Shown here: piece after piece, positions 36,865-48,346 of the stretch
How the letters are laid out: every line of letters starts with the position of its first letter
Position numbering within the stretch: the first letter of the stretch is position 1
DNA from: Oculina patagonica
Lineage: Eukaryota
Assembly: GCF_052425735.1 (NCBI RefSeq)
Contig: NC_135759.1
Location: 34,782,001-34,846,000 of the forward strand
Direction: 5' to 3'
DNA: 64,000 nt
Notes under the pieces: generated by a model
What the model saw: the letters and a program-made list of their open reading frames with translations, nothing else
Told to the model about the DNA's origin: nothing
The model's database searches: none
Position numbers and translations under genes: made by a program

Positions 36865-39144
36865 TTACCAGGAGCAGATGCAACGAAAAACCCGCAGATC
36901 CCATGGTAAGGGCCTAGCAATGAATTCTGGGGAGGAGCGAGAAGGGAAAAGCAATATAGCCGGATCACCTTTCCTTCCAAGAAGAAAGGAATCCACTGCT
37001 ATGGCCTGGAGTAAAGCCCACCAATAACGATGCGGGTGTAGACGAGGGACAATAATGGTAAAAGCGAAACGCTGATGTTGATCAAAAAGGTATCGCAACA
37101 ACGGTCCCACGAGGACGAAAGGAGGAAAAACATATACATTATGTTCCACTGGTACCGGTTGAACGAAAACGTTAATCCCTGAAGAAAACGGGGTTGGCCA
37201 AGGCGAGTAATGAGGCAACAAGCTTCCATCCCTCTCTCTGCGACAATTACTGTCTAAAGACATCAAATCAAACGTGTGTGGCCCAAACATCGCTTGAACT
37301 CGGGCCCACGCCTTCTCAGACAGAGAACAATCAATATCAGACAGAGAACGGGAGGGCGCGTCAGCAATGTTTTCACTCGATGGGATATACTTCAAGTGTA
37401 GAGCAAAATTTCCAGCTCGAGACATTTCTTCTATCTTTTTTATCTCCTGGTTGACCAGGTAACTTCTACAACCGCCATTTTCCCAAGCCGCTCGGAGCGT
37501 CATGTTATCCGTCCATACGTCGATCCTTGTGTTTTTGATAGAAGGGAAAAGGGAGCTTAAAGCGTTGCATAAAGCCCTAGCTTCAAGGACATTGATATCG
37601 TCTTCAAGGTCGGTCCAGTAATATCGTATTTGCTGACTCAGACCATCTTTTACTAATACTGCCCCCCAGGCCCTCTGAGAGGCGTCGCTGAACATTGTGA
37701 CAGAGAGATGATGCTCCGACCGCCAAGGCAAGTGTCCCGACCAGTTATCCAGAAAAGTCCATTCTTGGAGTTCCTGTCGCAAAGGTCCCTGAATCGGGAC
37801 AGAAATCTTAGAATTCTTGGCAACGACGGCAATTGCTTTGAACACTTCTTGTACATACAGCTTGCAAGCCGGAATTGCAAGACTAAAGGATAGTGCTTTC
37901 CCTGCGAAGCGTTGCAAGCTCTTTACGGGCGCACAAGAGGATCCCAAGAGTTCTTCGCGCAACGCTCTAAATTTCTCCTTTTTATCGGGCGGGATAAAAA
38001 AGGCTTGCACTATAGAATCGGAGATAAAACCCAGGAATCTAACAAAAGTGGACGGTTCTGGGGAACTCTTAGCAAGGTTAACAAAATATCCTGCTGAAAT
38101 GAGAAGGAACAACAGGATAAAGGCTGCTGCTTGGGCGAGTTGGCGACTAGGCTGGCAATCCACTAGGCCGGAAAGGAACAACTGGCCGACATGTCTGTCA
38201 TCAATGTACTGCGATAGGGGAACGCCCAAAGATCGAGCGGCACTAGTGACGACAAGGCCTGTGTTATGGTATAAAAAGGCACTTGCTTTCCATCCGAACG
38301 GCAAGGTACAGAAAGAAAAATAATAGCCTCTCCAGGAAAAACTGAAAAATTCCTGGGAGTCCGGATGAATCTTAAGGTGCTGGTATCCATTCTTATCATC
38401 AAAAGTTGTCTGGAAATGCCCTGGGAAGACATAACGAGGCAGATCCGGGAGGTGATCTAATTTGAATGGAAGATCCCGAACCCATAAATTTAGAAAACGT
38501 TCGTCGTGGCAAAGACGTGGTTTTGATGGTTCGCCTGTCAAAGGAAGGACTAAATGCGGGGGAGAGCATACGCCAACCTTGCCGTAGACTTTGATGACAT
38601 CCTGAGACACCCAAGCCAAAACTGTTGTATCAATGAAATCGGTATGCTGATGGCAACAAGAAGAGTTCGGAAAACTGGAAATTGGCGGGACAGCAGAGTC
38701 ATAATGTCTACCTTTAAAATTTCCCTTGAAATGACGGAAGAAATCATGAACCCTCACTCCCTCTCGGATTATCTGCAACAAATTAACTTGAGGACAAACG
38801 TAACCAGTTGAAGAGATGAGGTGTTCCCAGAAATCAACATGATCATGCAAACTGCCTGATTGAAAATAATCTGGATGTCTGAAACGTAAGTGCGCCAAGT
38901 TTGCAAGGGATGGGTCTTTGCTGACAAGCTCTGCTGATACAGTGGGGCCAACGAAGGATAAGGGTTCCCCGTTTATATCACACCATACGATGAGAGATGA
39001 CGCCTCCCAAGAGAGAGATGACGCCTCCCAAGGATCGTAAATTGATTCTGGTTTCAGAAGAGCGTTACGGACTGACGCAAGAGCGGTGGTAACTACGTCA
39101 ACGCCTTGCCTGTCCTCCAGAGCCTTCAACTTGTCCTCAAGCAA
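36865..39144 (-). CDS. DIRS pol: gag remnant fused to RT, RNase H and adenine-methyltransferase-like domain
   Basis: RT KPRLCHDER, DDKNGYQH, LPFGW, YIDD; RNase H FSDAS, INVLEA, WTDN, ADAPSR; MT-like FDLMS...YVFPPF. Confidence 0.9.
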   Translation of the reverse strand: MLEDKLKALEDRQGVDVVTTALASVRNALLKPESIYDPWEASSLSWEASSLIVWCDINGEPLSFVGPTVSAELVSKDPSLANLAHLRFRHPDYFQSGSLHDHVDFWEHLISSTGYVCPQVNLLQIIREGVRVHDFFRHFKGNFKGRHYDSAVPPISSFPNSSCCHQHTDFIDTTVLAWVSQDVIKVYGKVGVCSPPHLVLPLTGEPSKPRLCHDERFLNLWVRDLPFKLDHLPDLPRYVFPGHFQTTFDDKNGYQHLKIHPDSQEFFSFSWRGYYFSFCTLPFGWKASAFLYHNTGLVVTSAARSLGVPLSQYIDDRHVGQLFLSGLVDCQPSRQLAQAAAFILLFLLISAGYFVNLAKSSPEPSTFVRFLGFISDSIVQAFFIPPDKKEKFRALREELLGSSCAPVKSLQRFAGKALSFSLAIPACKLYVQEVFKAIAVVAKNSKISVPIQGPLRQELQEWTFLDNWSGHLPWRSEHHLSVTMFSDASQRAWGAVLVKDGLSQQIRYYWTDLEDDINVLEARALCNALSSLFPSIKNTRIDVWTDNMTLRAAWENGGCRSYLVNQEIKKIEEMSRAGNFALHLKYIPSSENIADAPSRSLSDIDCSLSEKAWARVQAMFGPHTFDLMSLDSNCRRERDGSLLPHYSPWPTPFSSGINVFVQPVPVEHNVYVFPPFVLVGPLLRYLFDQHQRFAFTIIVPRLHPHRYWWALLQAIAVDSFLLGRKGDPAILLFPSRSSPEFIARPLPWDLRVFRCICSW

Positions 39145-39399
39145 CTTAATACGATCGTCCGCCTAGGGGTTGACGGAAAAAAGGAAGCATTACATTGAAA
39201 CTCTTTATCTCCTCTTTAGCCCTAGTACTGATCGATCACAAAAGAAAACACGATAAAATATGTTCGTACCAGACAAGACTATCTACCGAATAAGTACCAG
39301 ACCGTATCCCAAAGAAACTTCGCTCCAAAACAGAAAATCCGGCTCCCGGAGCCAGAAAGTTTCCGGATTGTATGCCCAATATCCCGTACGTACCCTGAA

Positions 39400-39564
39400 A
39401 CCAAAAACCGCCGGGCTCCCAGAGCCGAAACGGACCCGAACCGTATACACAAATAATTATTTTGTTTAAAAACAAAACTGACTCCCAATAAATATTTCGT
39501 TAAAAACAACACCGACTCCCGGAGCCGAATGGTACCGGACCGCTTACACAATCAATATTTAGTT

Positions 39565-39598
<34 letters not shown>

Positions 39599-39730
39599 AA
39601 CCCCGGCTGCCAGAGCAAAACAACAGCGGCTCCCGGAGCCGAACGGTCCCGGACCGTTTACACAATAAATATTTCGTTCAAAACATCACCGGCTCCCGGA
39701 GCCGAACGGTCCCGGACCGTTTATACAAAA
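39400..39730. repeat. Imperfect tandem repeat in the DIRS 5' region
   Basis: ggctcccggagccgaacggtcccggaccg-like units recur at least 4 times with A-rich spacers. Confidence 0.7.
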
Positions 39731-39944
39731 GTATTTGTTAAAGACAAAAAACAAGACCAAGGACGCTATAAAAAAATCCCTATAAAACGAAACAAGAGGT
39801 CCCGGAGCAGAACCGGCAACTATAGAGTAGATAACAAGAAAGAGACGAACCAAAACGCCTGGGAAACAAGCTGGAACGAACCGAGTAAGCAAAATACTAA
39901 AAAACGCCGACAAAAGCCCCAGGGACACGTGCAACATGGCAACT

Positions 39945-40830
39945 AGCAACAACAAGTTTATTTGCATGACTGTAAATTTTTACAATATGCAAAAGCGTAA
40001 ACTTATTTAGTAATAATAATAATAAAAATAATAAAATAATAATATATAGTAAAAAACAAAAATGATTCATATAATTATACATTGATATATTTTGTTACGT
40101 TCAAAACAAGATGATATAAATTAATCAATTCATGGTCAAAGATCGGGAGAATTCTTTTCTAAAATCAAGTCAGGCACTGGTAGTTGGCTGACATTTAAGA
40201 TGATAGGCTGTATTTCTTGTAAAAGTTTCTCTATTGTTGATATTTGGAACAATAAAAGAGAAAATGAATTTCATCTTCGGTTTTATTACAATCACAGACC
40301 GGGCAGAGCCTATATGTCTGGTGTATTTTATTCTGCCTAGTTCGATCATTAACTTATGATTGCTAATTCGTATTTAGCTAATGTTCTCCTACCAGAAACT
40401 CTCCTAGTTAACCAGAGAGGAGATACTAAAAGATTATATTCTATTTTTAGATGATATGCGCCAAACGAATATTTTCTTCAAACTGCAGAACATTGTACTT
40501 CGTCACAGGAAACCAAATAAATACGGATCTCATAAGAAGAGTAACTATTTTTACCAGCGGTGTGAAGTTCTAAGATTAAAAAAGACTGTCTAACAAAAGA
40601 ATCCGGTTGCTTTTCTTGGAGATATATCAAATAGTTGAGGATTTTTGATTAATGGTGATAGGAGAGGAAACGACCAAGCTCAGCTCTACATGCAACATTA
40701 GAAGCCTTATTACTGACTTCAAGATAGCGTTTACAAAACTGTAGATGTGTTCTTTCAATTTGTGAACCATCCCAGGCCTTAAAATCAGATTTTACATAAC
40801 CACCCCAAATTTCACTATTGCTAAGCAAAG
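39945..40830 (-). mobile_element. 5'-truncated, degraded non-LTR retrotransposon (LINE) 3' end
   Basis: SEIWG...IERTHLQFCKRYLEVSNKASNVACRAELGR, then RLCPVC...EDEIHF; ends in aataaac followed by a short (ttg)n tail. Confidence 0.8.
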
Positions 40831-42330
40831 TGCTAGCGAAACTGGGAAAACAAACAACCCAAAAAAGAGAATCAAATACCAAACATAACACAATTACCTC
40901 CTATGCAAGCCACCAAAAAATTAATGAATTCTGATAATTATTATTTAAATACTACCTCGTCATTCTCAGCAACTAGCCGCTTTTGAAATTCCAAAACCAT
41001 TTACTCAGTGTCTTGTGTAAACGAAAGCAAAATTGGGGATCAATTACCTTCTATGCAATTCCTACCTTGGAATTTCAAAAGCGGCTAGTTGCTGAGAATG
41101 ACGAGGTAGGAGTAAGCACGTTTTAGAAACGTATTCGCTTATCATCCTATCTTTGGTATTTGAAGTCAGAATATAAGTGGTAGCTTTTTTTGTGTGCGAA
41201 ATTCGAGCCAATTTGAACACATGTCGCACGCCAGTAGCGACCAAGGTTTCCTACCTTGTCATATTATTATGTACGATAAACATGTTACAGTAAATCGACG
41301 TAAAATAGCTCAAAATGGCTTGAAAATACGCTGTAACAAAAGCAAACGACACTATTTCATGTTCCATCAACTTTATTTAGAATTTGCGCTTTTATTTATC
41401 GCTCAAAATTTTTCCGTTTAAAACCCATATAAACTCTTATATTTTTAAAGGCCGCCATTTTATTTTAATATATTCAAATTTCATGCTTTTAGCTTGAAGA
41501 TCACGTGACCACGACCAGTATCGTGTTTGTGTGACGTGTTCCTAGCCGCTACTTCCCTAGCTTAATGGGAGGATTTGGTTTAATTGATTTGGTTTGGGTT
41601 AATGTCGTTCTGTGTACATTTTTAAGAAAATGGTATTACTTAATATGGCTGCACGTAATCTTGAAAGCTTTAAATTCAACTTCCGCATTTAGCTGGATTA
41701 TGAATTCTTCTGATTTCGGGGGAAAAACAAATTACACTGCGCATGCATGACGTCTAATCTTTATTTCCTCCAGTATTTAATGAGCTAGCAGTATTAATAA
41801 GAAACTCCTTTAATTTAATAACAAATTTGACGGTTTACATGTAGAATATGAGAATGAGGATGGTCACTTGTCTTAATTGTTGAACGAGGAAAAACATGTT
41901 TTCATGGCATGTCGTGCTACTTAGATGAAAGCATAGCAGGAAATGATTCATAATAAATGCTCTTTGGCAAAGTGTGATAAAACACATTATTGCAAGAGAT
42001 AGCTTCAAAGAAACCGGTTAATGTAATAATTATATTCTCAGCCAATAAGAAGATAGTTAAGTCTAAATAAGAATATAACTTAAATTGAACTGCTTTCTCT
42101 TTATTTGCCAAAATTAATTACGCATGCTATTATAACAATAGAGGAGATGCTATTCTGGCAAAGCAATCAGAAGAGACTCAAAACAGACCAACGTGGACAC
42201 AAAAATCTTTTAAACTAAGCCTTTGCCATCTTTGACCCGAAACAATAACTTTCGGTACAAGAAAGACAACAAAAACCTTACTCAACGGTTATATCATTAC
42301 CTAGTAACGGCCAGAGTAATCAAGCAAACT

Positions 42331-43257
42331 ATGTCAAACTTAAGCGGGGAAGTCTTTTGCAGCCGACATTGGAGTGGCGAAAATGAGCAAGACACTTATC
42401 TACTCACGTTTTACAGAGTTATTATCATTTTATTATTTTTTTCCACCATAACAGCTTCTCTTGGGAACAGTTTGATCCTTGTCGCCCTTCGCAAGGATAC
42501 ATCTCTTCATCCGCCATCAAAACTGCTGCTTCGTTCTCTCACAATCACCGATCTTTGCGTTGGTGCCATTTCAAAGCCACTATTTATCACTTATCTCCTT
42601 TTGACTCTGAATGAAAACTGGAATCTCTGCCGAGTATTTGAATATTTGGTTTATGTAGTAAATACCATTTTCCCTGGCGTATCTTTGTTCACGTTGACCG
42701 CCATAGGTGTGGACAGACTTCTCGCTCTGTTATTGAGGCTACGGTACAGACAAGTTGTAACTGTCAAGCGAGTTCGTGTGGCCGTGTTCCTCTTCTGGCT
42801 TATAAGCACCGCGATCGGAATTATCCCCGTTTGGAACGCGCATTTGTTCTTCATCGTGAGTGGTGCAGTAGTGTTGTTATTTGTCGCAATTTCAACGTAT
42901 TCTTACACAAGAATATTTCGCACCATCCGACGACAACAAACACAAGTACAAGATGCTTTTGGAAGCCAAAATACTGGGCTGAACACGGTCAACATGGCGC
43001 GGTACAAAAAGACAGTTTTCAGTGCCCTCTGGATTCACCTCACGTTAGTAACCTGTTATCTTCCTTTTATTGTGATAACGGTTTTAATAACTATTAGAGG
43101 ATTCAGCAAATCTCTTTTTCTGCCCGAAATCTTAACAGTGACTCTAGTTTACGTCAATTCCACCCTAAACCCGTTTATTTATTGTTGGAAGATGAAAGAA
43201 GTTCGTCAAGCAGTGAAGGAAACGGTTTTACAGTTATGGACAAGTTGTTCGTCTTAA
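42331..43257 (+). CDS. Class A GPCR 2, intronless, 308 aa from first ATG
   Basis: Paralog of GPCR1; GN, ITD, DRL, CYLP, NPFIY. ATG at 42331 aligns with the paralog starts. Confidence 0.92.
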   Translation: MSNLSGEVFCSRHWSGENEQDTYLLTFYRVIIILLFFSTITASLGNSLILVALRKDTSLHPPSKLLLRSLTITDLCVGAISKPLFITYLLLTLNENWNLCRVFEYLVYVVNTIFPGVSLFTLTAIGVDRLLALLLRLRYRQVVTVKRVRVAVFLFWLISTAIGIIPVWNAHLFFIVSGAVVLLFVAISTYSYTRIFRTIRRQQTQVQDAFGSQNTGLNTVNMARYKKTVFSALWIHLTLVTCYLPFIVITVLITIRGFSKSLFLPEILTVTLVYVNSTLNPFIYCWKMKEVRQAVKETVLQLWTSCSS

Positions 43258-44585
43258 ATAATAACAAATGAAACTATAATCCTATAAGAATCACGAGGTA
43301 AACCGAAAGCTATTAGTTTACAACGCTAGAAAAAAAAGAGGCTACTGCTGGTCTAGAACGGGCACTAATAATTCCACGGAATCAACACGAAATTACAGCT
43401 TTTAAAAACATCCTTCAGAACTGACGTCTATCCAAAAGCTTTTTAAATTAATGTAATAACTAATAGAGACAGTTCAAACATGTTATTCTGTGTCATTTTA
43501 TTTTAACGACACCGATCACCTGCTCGCCATCTTGTTTGTGTAACACAGTTGAAGGTTATTAATACAACCTACCCTCCTGGCCGCTCACCCCGGGATTTGC
43601 ATGAAAATTATGGGCTAGCACGCACTGAATCAAGGGGAGGCGTTTTTAATATCCTACCTAGCCTGCAATGCAGGCGTATTTTAGCGAGCGAGCGCATTTT
43701 TGATCGGGCGAGCGCCATCTTGGATTCGAAGTCGGGAGAGGCTTGGGGAGAGAGGAAAAAAGCTTCCGATGGAATAGGTGTATGTAGAAGTATAAACTGC
43801 TTGCGACTTTCGTTGCCCTGTGCATCAACCCTTAAACAAATCAGGCTAACATAAACCCAGTAATATTTACCATGATAGCCAGAGGATGTTTTCCTGTAGT
43901 GTATGCAGCAATGCAGCTAAATTGCGATCACCGCTCCTCGCGAACGAAAAATAGAATCTTTGGCAGGGAATCATTGTCATGGCCTGAGAATGATGTGACC
44001 GTGTCCATGTATGAATGTGGTTAGAACTGATTTATTGCATAATCAGGCTACCTTCTTTCAAAATTGGAAGAATAAAGACATTTCAAAACCATTTTCAAAC
44101 ATAACCAAAAACAATTAACCTTTTATTCTTTTAACTTAAAAAAGGAGCATGTATTTTAGTGGATCAGATTCATATCTATGACGGAAGAGCTCTAAGGAAT
44201 AACAACGCTATGAAATCAGAAATATAACAAAGGGAAGAATTCAGCGCTTATTGTGTATTTTGAAGTTTTTCTTTAAATATCAAAAAGTAACAAGCTCAGA
44301 AGCCGAAATGTTGCGGCGATTAATTTTTTCAACTTTCGTGAGTTTTTCGTCAAAATTTGCTAAATACTAGTGTACGACTTTTTCAGCTATTCTTAAATCT
44401 GATGATAATAAAATTGACTTTTTTAATTATGAAAACTTTTTTATGTCTATGTATTCCACATGAAAATGACGTATAATAACCTAAGGAGAAAGTTTTACCT
44501 CACTGAGGGTTAAAGGGGGAATCCCAATCAATCACGAGCCTTCTTTACCCTACTTCAAATCACAAATCACAAATATTTTTTAGAG

Positions 44586-45052
44586 TACAGTAGAACCCCG
44601 GTTACTCGAACTGACTTCCATTTCCCTTGGATTTGAACTCACTTTTCAGTTATTTTTACTCGGTTAACTCGAACTCGGATAACTCGAAAACCCCGCTAAC
44701 TCGAACCAATTTCGTTTCCCTTGATTAAAATTTGGGTCAAATTTACCCCGATAACTCGAATTACGGTTCTTGCAACTCGCCACGGTTGCCCATTGATTAG
44801 AGCAAGGAACAGATCACGTATTTGACAATCATTTTCCACTCTTATCATAACAATTTATGATCGTGTTAGAGTTTCTGACGAGATTAGTTTAATTTGCACT
44901 GTACTGTGTACTGAAGTGCTGAATAATCAGTAATTTATCAATTATTAACTTGGCAAATTAAATATTCAATCGACCCCGATAACTCGAAACCCCGCTAACT
45001 CGAACTGTTTTTCGTTTCCCTTCAGAGTTCGAGATACCGGGATTCTACTGTA
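44586..45052. mobile_element. Tigger/pogo-type MITE
   Basis: TIRs cagtagaaccccggttactcgaac / gttcgagataccgggattctactg flanked by TA. Confidence 0.85.
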
Positions 45053-46473
45053 TTTCACGAAACACATATATATTATAAATCACTGAAGAAAATAAAATGA
45101 GCTTAAAATGATTAGTTAATTGGCCTGGAATTTCAACAGCCTTGTAGAAGTCTTGATTTCTCATGCCAGGTGCGCTCCCAGTGTGAGACAAGCTCGAAAA
45201 CACATAAATCGGGCTAAGAGAACGTTTACCCCAATACAAGATTATTCCTTGGCTGTTTATGATTCGCATCTTCTGTCAATTTTGGTTCACTTCTTAAAAT
45301 GATCTACGAGTATGTTATTCATTTTTGTTTTTTAAGAACGTTATTAGCCGGAGCCCGGGGGTGGTATTCCCGTAACTTTCGGATACGTATGTGCCGCGAA
45401 GATATTTAAACCCTGACCCTATTTAAGAATAAAAAAGGCAAAACTTGATACCCTTTTCAAGGCCTTTACTCAAAAAATGACAAACTATTCAAGGGTAAAA
45501 CTAAAAATGATGTGAACGGGTCAACTTTATTTCGTTGTAACATTAGTTCAGTTTTAACAGAGCATTTTTTTTTTCGTTTAGCTGGACGCTTACGCACTGC
45601 AAAAGCTGCAAAAGTTTTAGCTGATGCAAATTAGGTACCATTTCTAAGGATCACACCGGGAACACAATGTCAAAAGAGGCAATAATGATACCCTATTTAA
45701 GGATCGGTATGGGATACCTATATATCCCATATATGGGAGTGCCCCCACTCCCGCCAAGAGCTGAAAACACGAATCATGCACGGTCCTCAAAATAAGCAGG
45801 CGTCATACTCGGCTAGTAGACGAAGAAATTCGCCGTTCACGGACAGATTTTAGCTGTTTTCACGTTCCACGCGCTTTTTTTGCTCAAATCACGCGTCACG
45901 CATAACTCCTTTTCCACCCCTGCTCCCTGACGGGAAGTAAAAGATGACTGTTTTTTTTTTTTTTAAACTGCACTGCAAGTGCTAAGTGTTGTTTTACGGT
46001 ACTTAACTTTACTTTTACTTTGTCTGGCTTCATTTTTACAGAAATTATATCATAACAAATTATCTAAACAAAGAAAACTTATTACAAACTGACAGCCAAA
46101 TCTTCAAGATGATTTCTTTATTGCCAAATCACATTGGCAATAAAGAAATACATTGTTCACACAAATGTAAACCTTCTTTCAGGAAGGCCTCCCAAAATGA
46201 ATCAATTTTAGCTAATTTTTTGACAGTCAACTCGTGTAGGGTTTTCAATTTCTCAGCCAATCAAAATGAACGCGCACCTAAAGGAAACACTTGTAATGCC
46301 TCTTCAACCTAAGGTACGCTAGAAAATAATTAAAACCTTTGTACACTTACAATAAAGTCGATTCATCGGAAAAAGGCTATTAAACATAACAGATTTAGTG
46401 ACCCAGCTGCCGTTACATCGCTCCTTGCTCGCTACAAATCTGTTACACTTTCTTGATTGCTCACCGAGTAAAG

Positions 46474-47373
46474 ATGTCGTACAATGGCGAAAAAATCCTC
46501 TGCAACCACGACTGGGCCAGCAAAGATGATCAGGAAAGGATTAACCTTTTCAAGTTTTACAGAGTTAGTATTATCGTATACGTATTTCTAACAATTACCG
46601 CTACTCTTGGGAACATTTTAATCTTAGCCACCCTTCACAAGGATACATCTCTTCATCCGCCATCAAAACTGCTGCTTCGTTCACTGACGATCACCAATCT
46701 TTGTGTTGGGGTTGTTTCACAGCCTCTACTTGCCACGTTCTTTTTCTCTGTTGTTAACGGAAACGCAGAACTTTGTCTAGTTAGTAAGTACTTGGTTGCG
46801 TGTTGCGTATCTTTGTTCACATTGACCGCCATAGGTGTGGACAGACTTCTCGCTCTGTTTTTAAGGCTACGGTATAGACAAGTTGTAACTGTCAAGCGAG
46901 TTCGTGTGGCCATTTTTCTCTTTTGGCTAACGGGCAGTGTGATCGGCATTATCTACGTTTGGAGTGCGAAATGGTACTTCATCGTGAGTGGTGTAGTAAT
47001 ATTGTTATTTGTCGCAATTTCAACTTTTTGTTACGCTAGAATCTTTAGCACCATCCGACGTCAACAAACACAAGTACAAGATGCTCTTGGAAGCCAAAAT
47101 ATCGGACTAAACATGGCGCGGTACAAAAAGACAGTTTTCAATGCATCGTGGGTCCACCTTATTTTAACAATCTGTTATCTTCCATTTGCTTTAGCGACGG
47201 TTATAATTACCATACGAGGATACAACACGCTTCTCTTTGTGGTCGAGAGCATAGCTGCAATTTTAATTTGCGTCAATTCTTCATTAAATCCTGTTCTTTA
47301 CTGCTGGAAAATCAGAGAAGTTAGACAAGCAGTGAAGGAAACAGTTAGACAGGTTTTCGGTTTCTCAACTTAA
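46474..47373 (+). CDS. Class A GPCR 3, intronless, 299 aa, shortened TM3
   Basis: Paralog of GPCR1/2; DRL, CYLP, NPVLY present; ITN replaces ITD; 6 fewer residues in TM3. Confidence 0.85.
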   Translation: MSYNGEKILCNHDWASKDDQERINLFKFYRVSIIVYVFLTITATLGNILILATLHKDTSLHPPSKLLLRSLTITNLCVGVVSQPLLATFFFSVVNGNAELCLVSKYLVACCVSLFTLTAIGVDRLLALFLRLRYRQVVTVKRVRVAIFLFWLTGSVIGIIYVWSAKWYFIVSGVVILLFVAISTFCYARIFSTIRRQQTQVQDALGSQNIGLNMARYKKTVFNASWVHLILTICYLPFALATVIITIRGYNTLLFVVESIAAILICVNSSLNPVLYCWKIREVRQAVKETVRQVFGFST

Positions 47374-48346
47374 ACCTTTTTGGACCTAGTTAGCAAGAAA
47401 TGCGCGACCATGCCATATTGAAACCAAACTGAGAACCGAAGACACCATTTTTGGTATGTTAATGGCAATTTTCATCATTTTCCTATGTGTAATATTAGCT
47501 TTTCTATTTTAGTTCCAGTTTTTGCTTTAATCAGTATTTACATTGTAACAGTACAGTCAACATAACAATTCCGGCTTCTTAACGCTAAACTGTAAAACCG
47601 TAAGGCCCCACCTAGGCCCTCCCAGGCACAACGGATGTGTTCGCACAGACCTGCGAACATTTTGGGGTCAAAATAGTTTGTTTTAACAACAAACGTGATA
47701 TTTCAGGATGCAAACCATATCTTGACGTGCAGATTTGCCAAATAAACTGGGAGATAATCTGTTTACTTCAGTTGTAATAAAACTTTTCAAGTTTTTTACA
47801 GCAGATTTTAGGTAAATTTATAATGCCTGGATAGCCTGTGAACAGGGGTCCCCGGTTTGGTAGATAGCAATATTCAGGCAGCGGAGCGAGTAATCTCGTT
47901 CCTCGAGTGTTTCTTTTTACTGTGCAAGCTTGACGAAAGGAGCGACCCTGAAACTTTTCGGGCTTGTAAAGCCATCTTTAGTTAAATGTACTTCTAAAAC
48001 CGAGAAGTGTATGGGCCTGAAACTTGTATGAAAGAACGTCTGTTATTATTTAACTTAATGTGAATAAAAGTCAGCTCTGTAATCATAAGGTTTGAGATTT
48101 TGCTATGGCTTTCCGAGTGCGAAAACTTTTCGGGACCTTCGAGAAACGGGCCCCAGGATTCAGAGCAATTTTAAAAATGGCCGAAAGTGAAACAGGGAGT
48201 CCGATATCTTTTCAGAACTTACCAGGGTCGCTTGTTCACCGTCCTCTGGTCACTGGGAACAAAGACTCTGTGTGGGAGGTTGCGGAGCGAACCGAGCGCG
48301 GTCTGGGAAGGCAGATCTCGCGGGGTACATTTTCGTCATACCGTAT

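Larger units (their letters stand above)
35330..39945 (-). mobile_element. Decayed DIRS1-type tyrosine-recombinase retrotransposon (ALOG class); ends approximate
   Basis: gag remnant, RT, RNase H, methyltransferase-like domain, Zn ribbon, ALOG domain and YR in order on minus; internal deletions and a nonsense codon. Confidence 0.88.

Noticed and set aside
36838-36868. Intron joining DIRS pol to YR (gtaagc...tatag)
   Set aside because: Only 31 nt, too short for a typical animal intron; only the acceptor is kept as a hypothesis.
37817-38323. 168-aa plus-strand ORF
   Set aside because: Antisense to RT; no recognisable motif.
42223-42330. N-terminal extension of GPCR2 in the ORF track (also 46453-46473 for GPCR3)
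   Set aside because: TTG starts; downstream ATGs align with the paralogs.
33277-46949. Antisense ORFs shared by the three GPCRs (33277-33486, 42651-42854, 46653-46949)
   Set aside because: Shadow frames of near-identical sense sequence.
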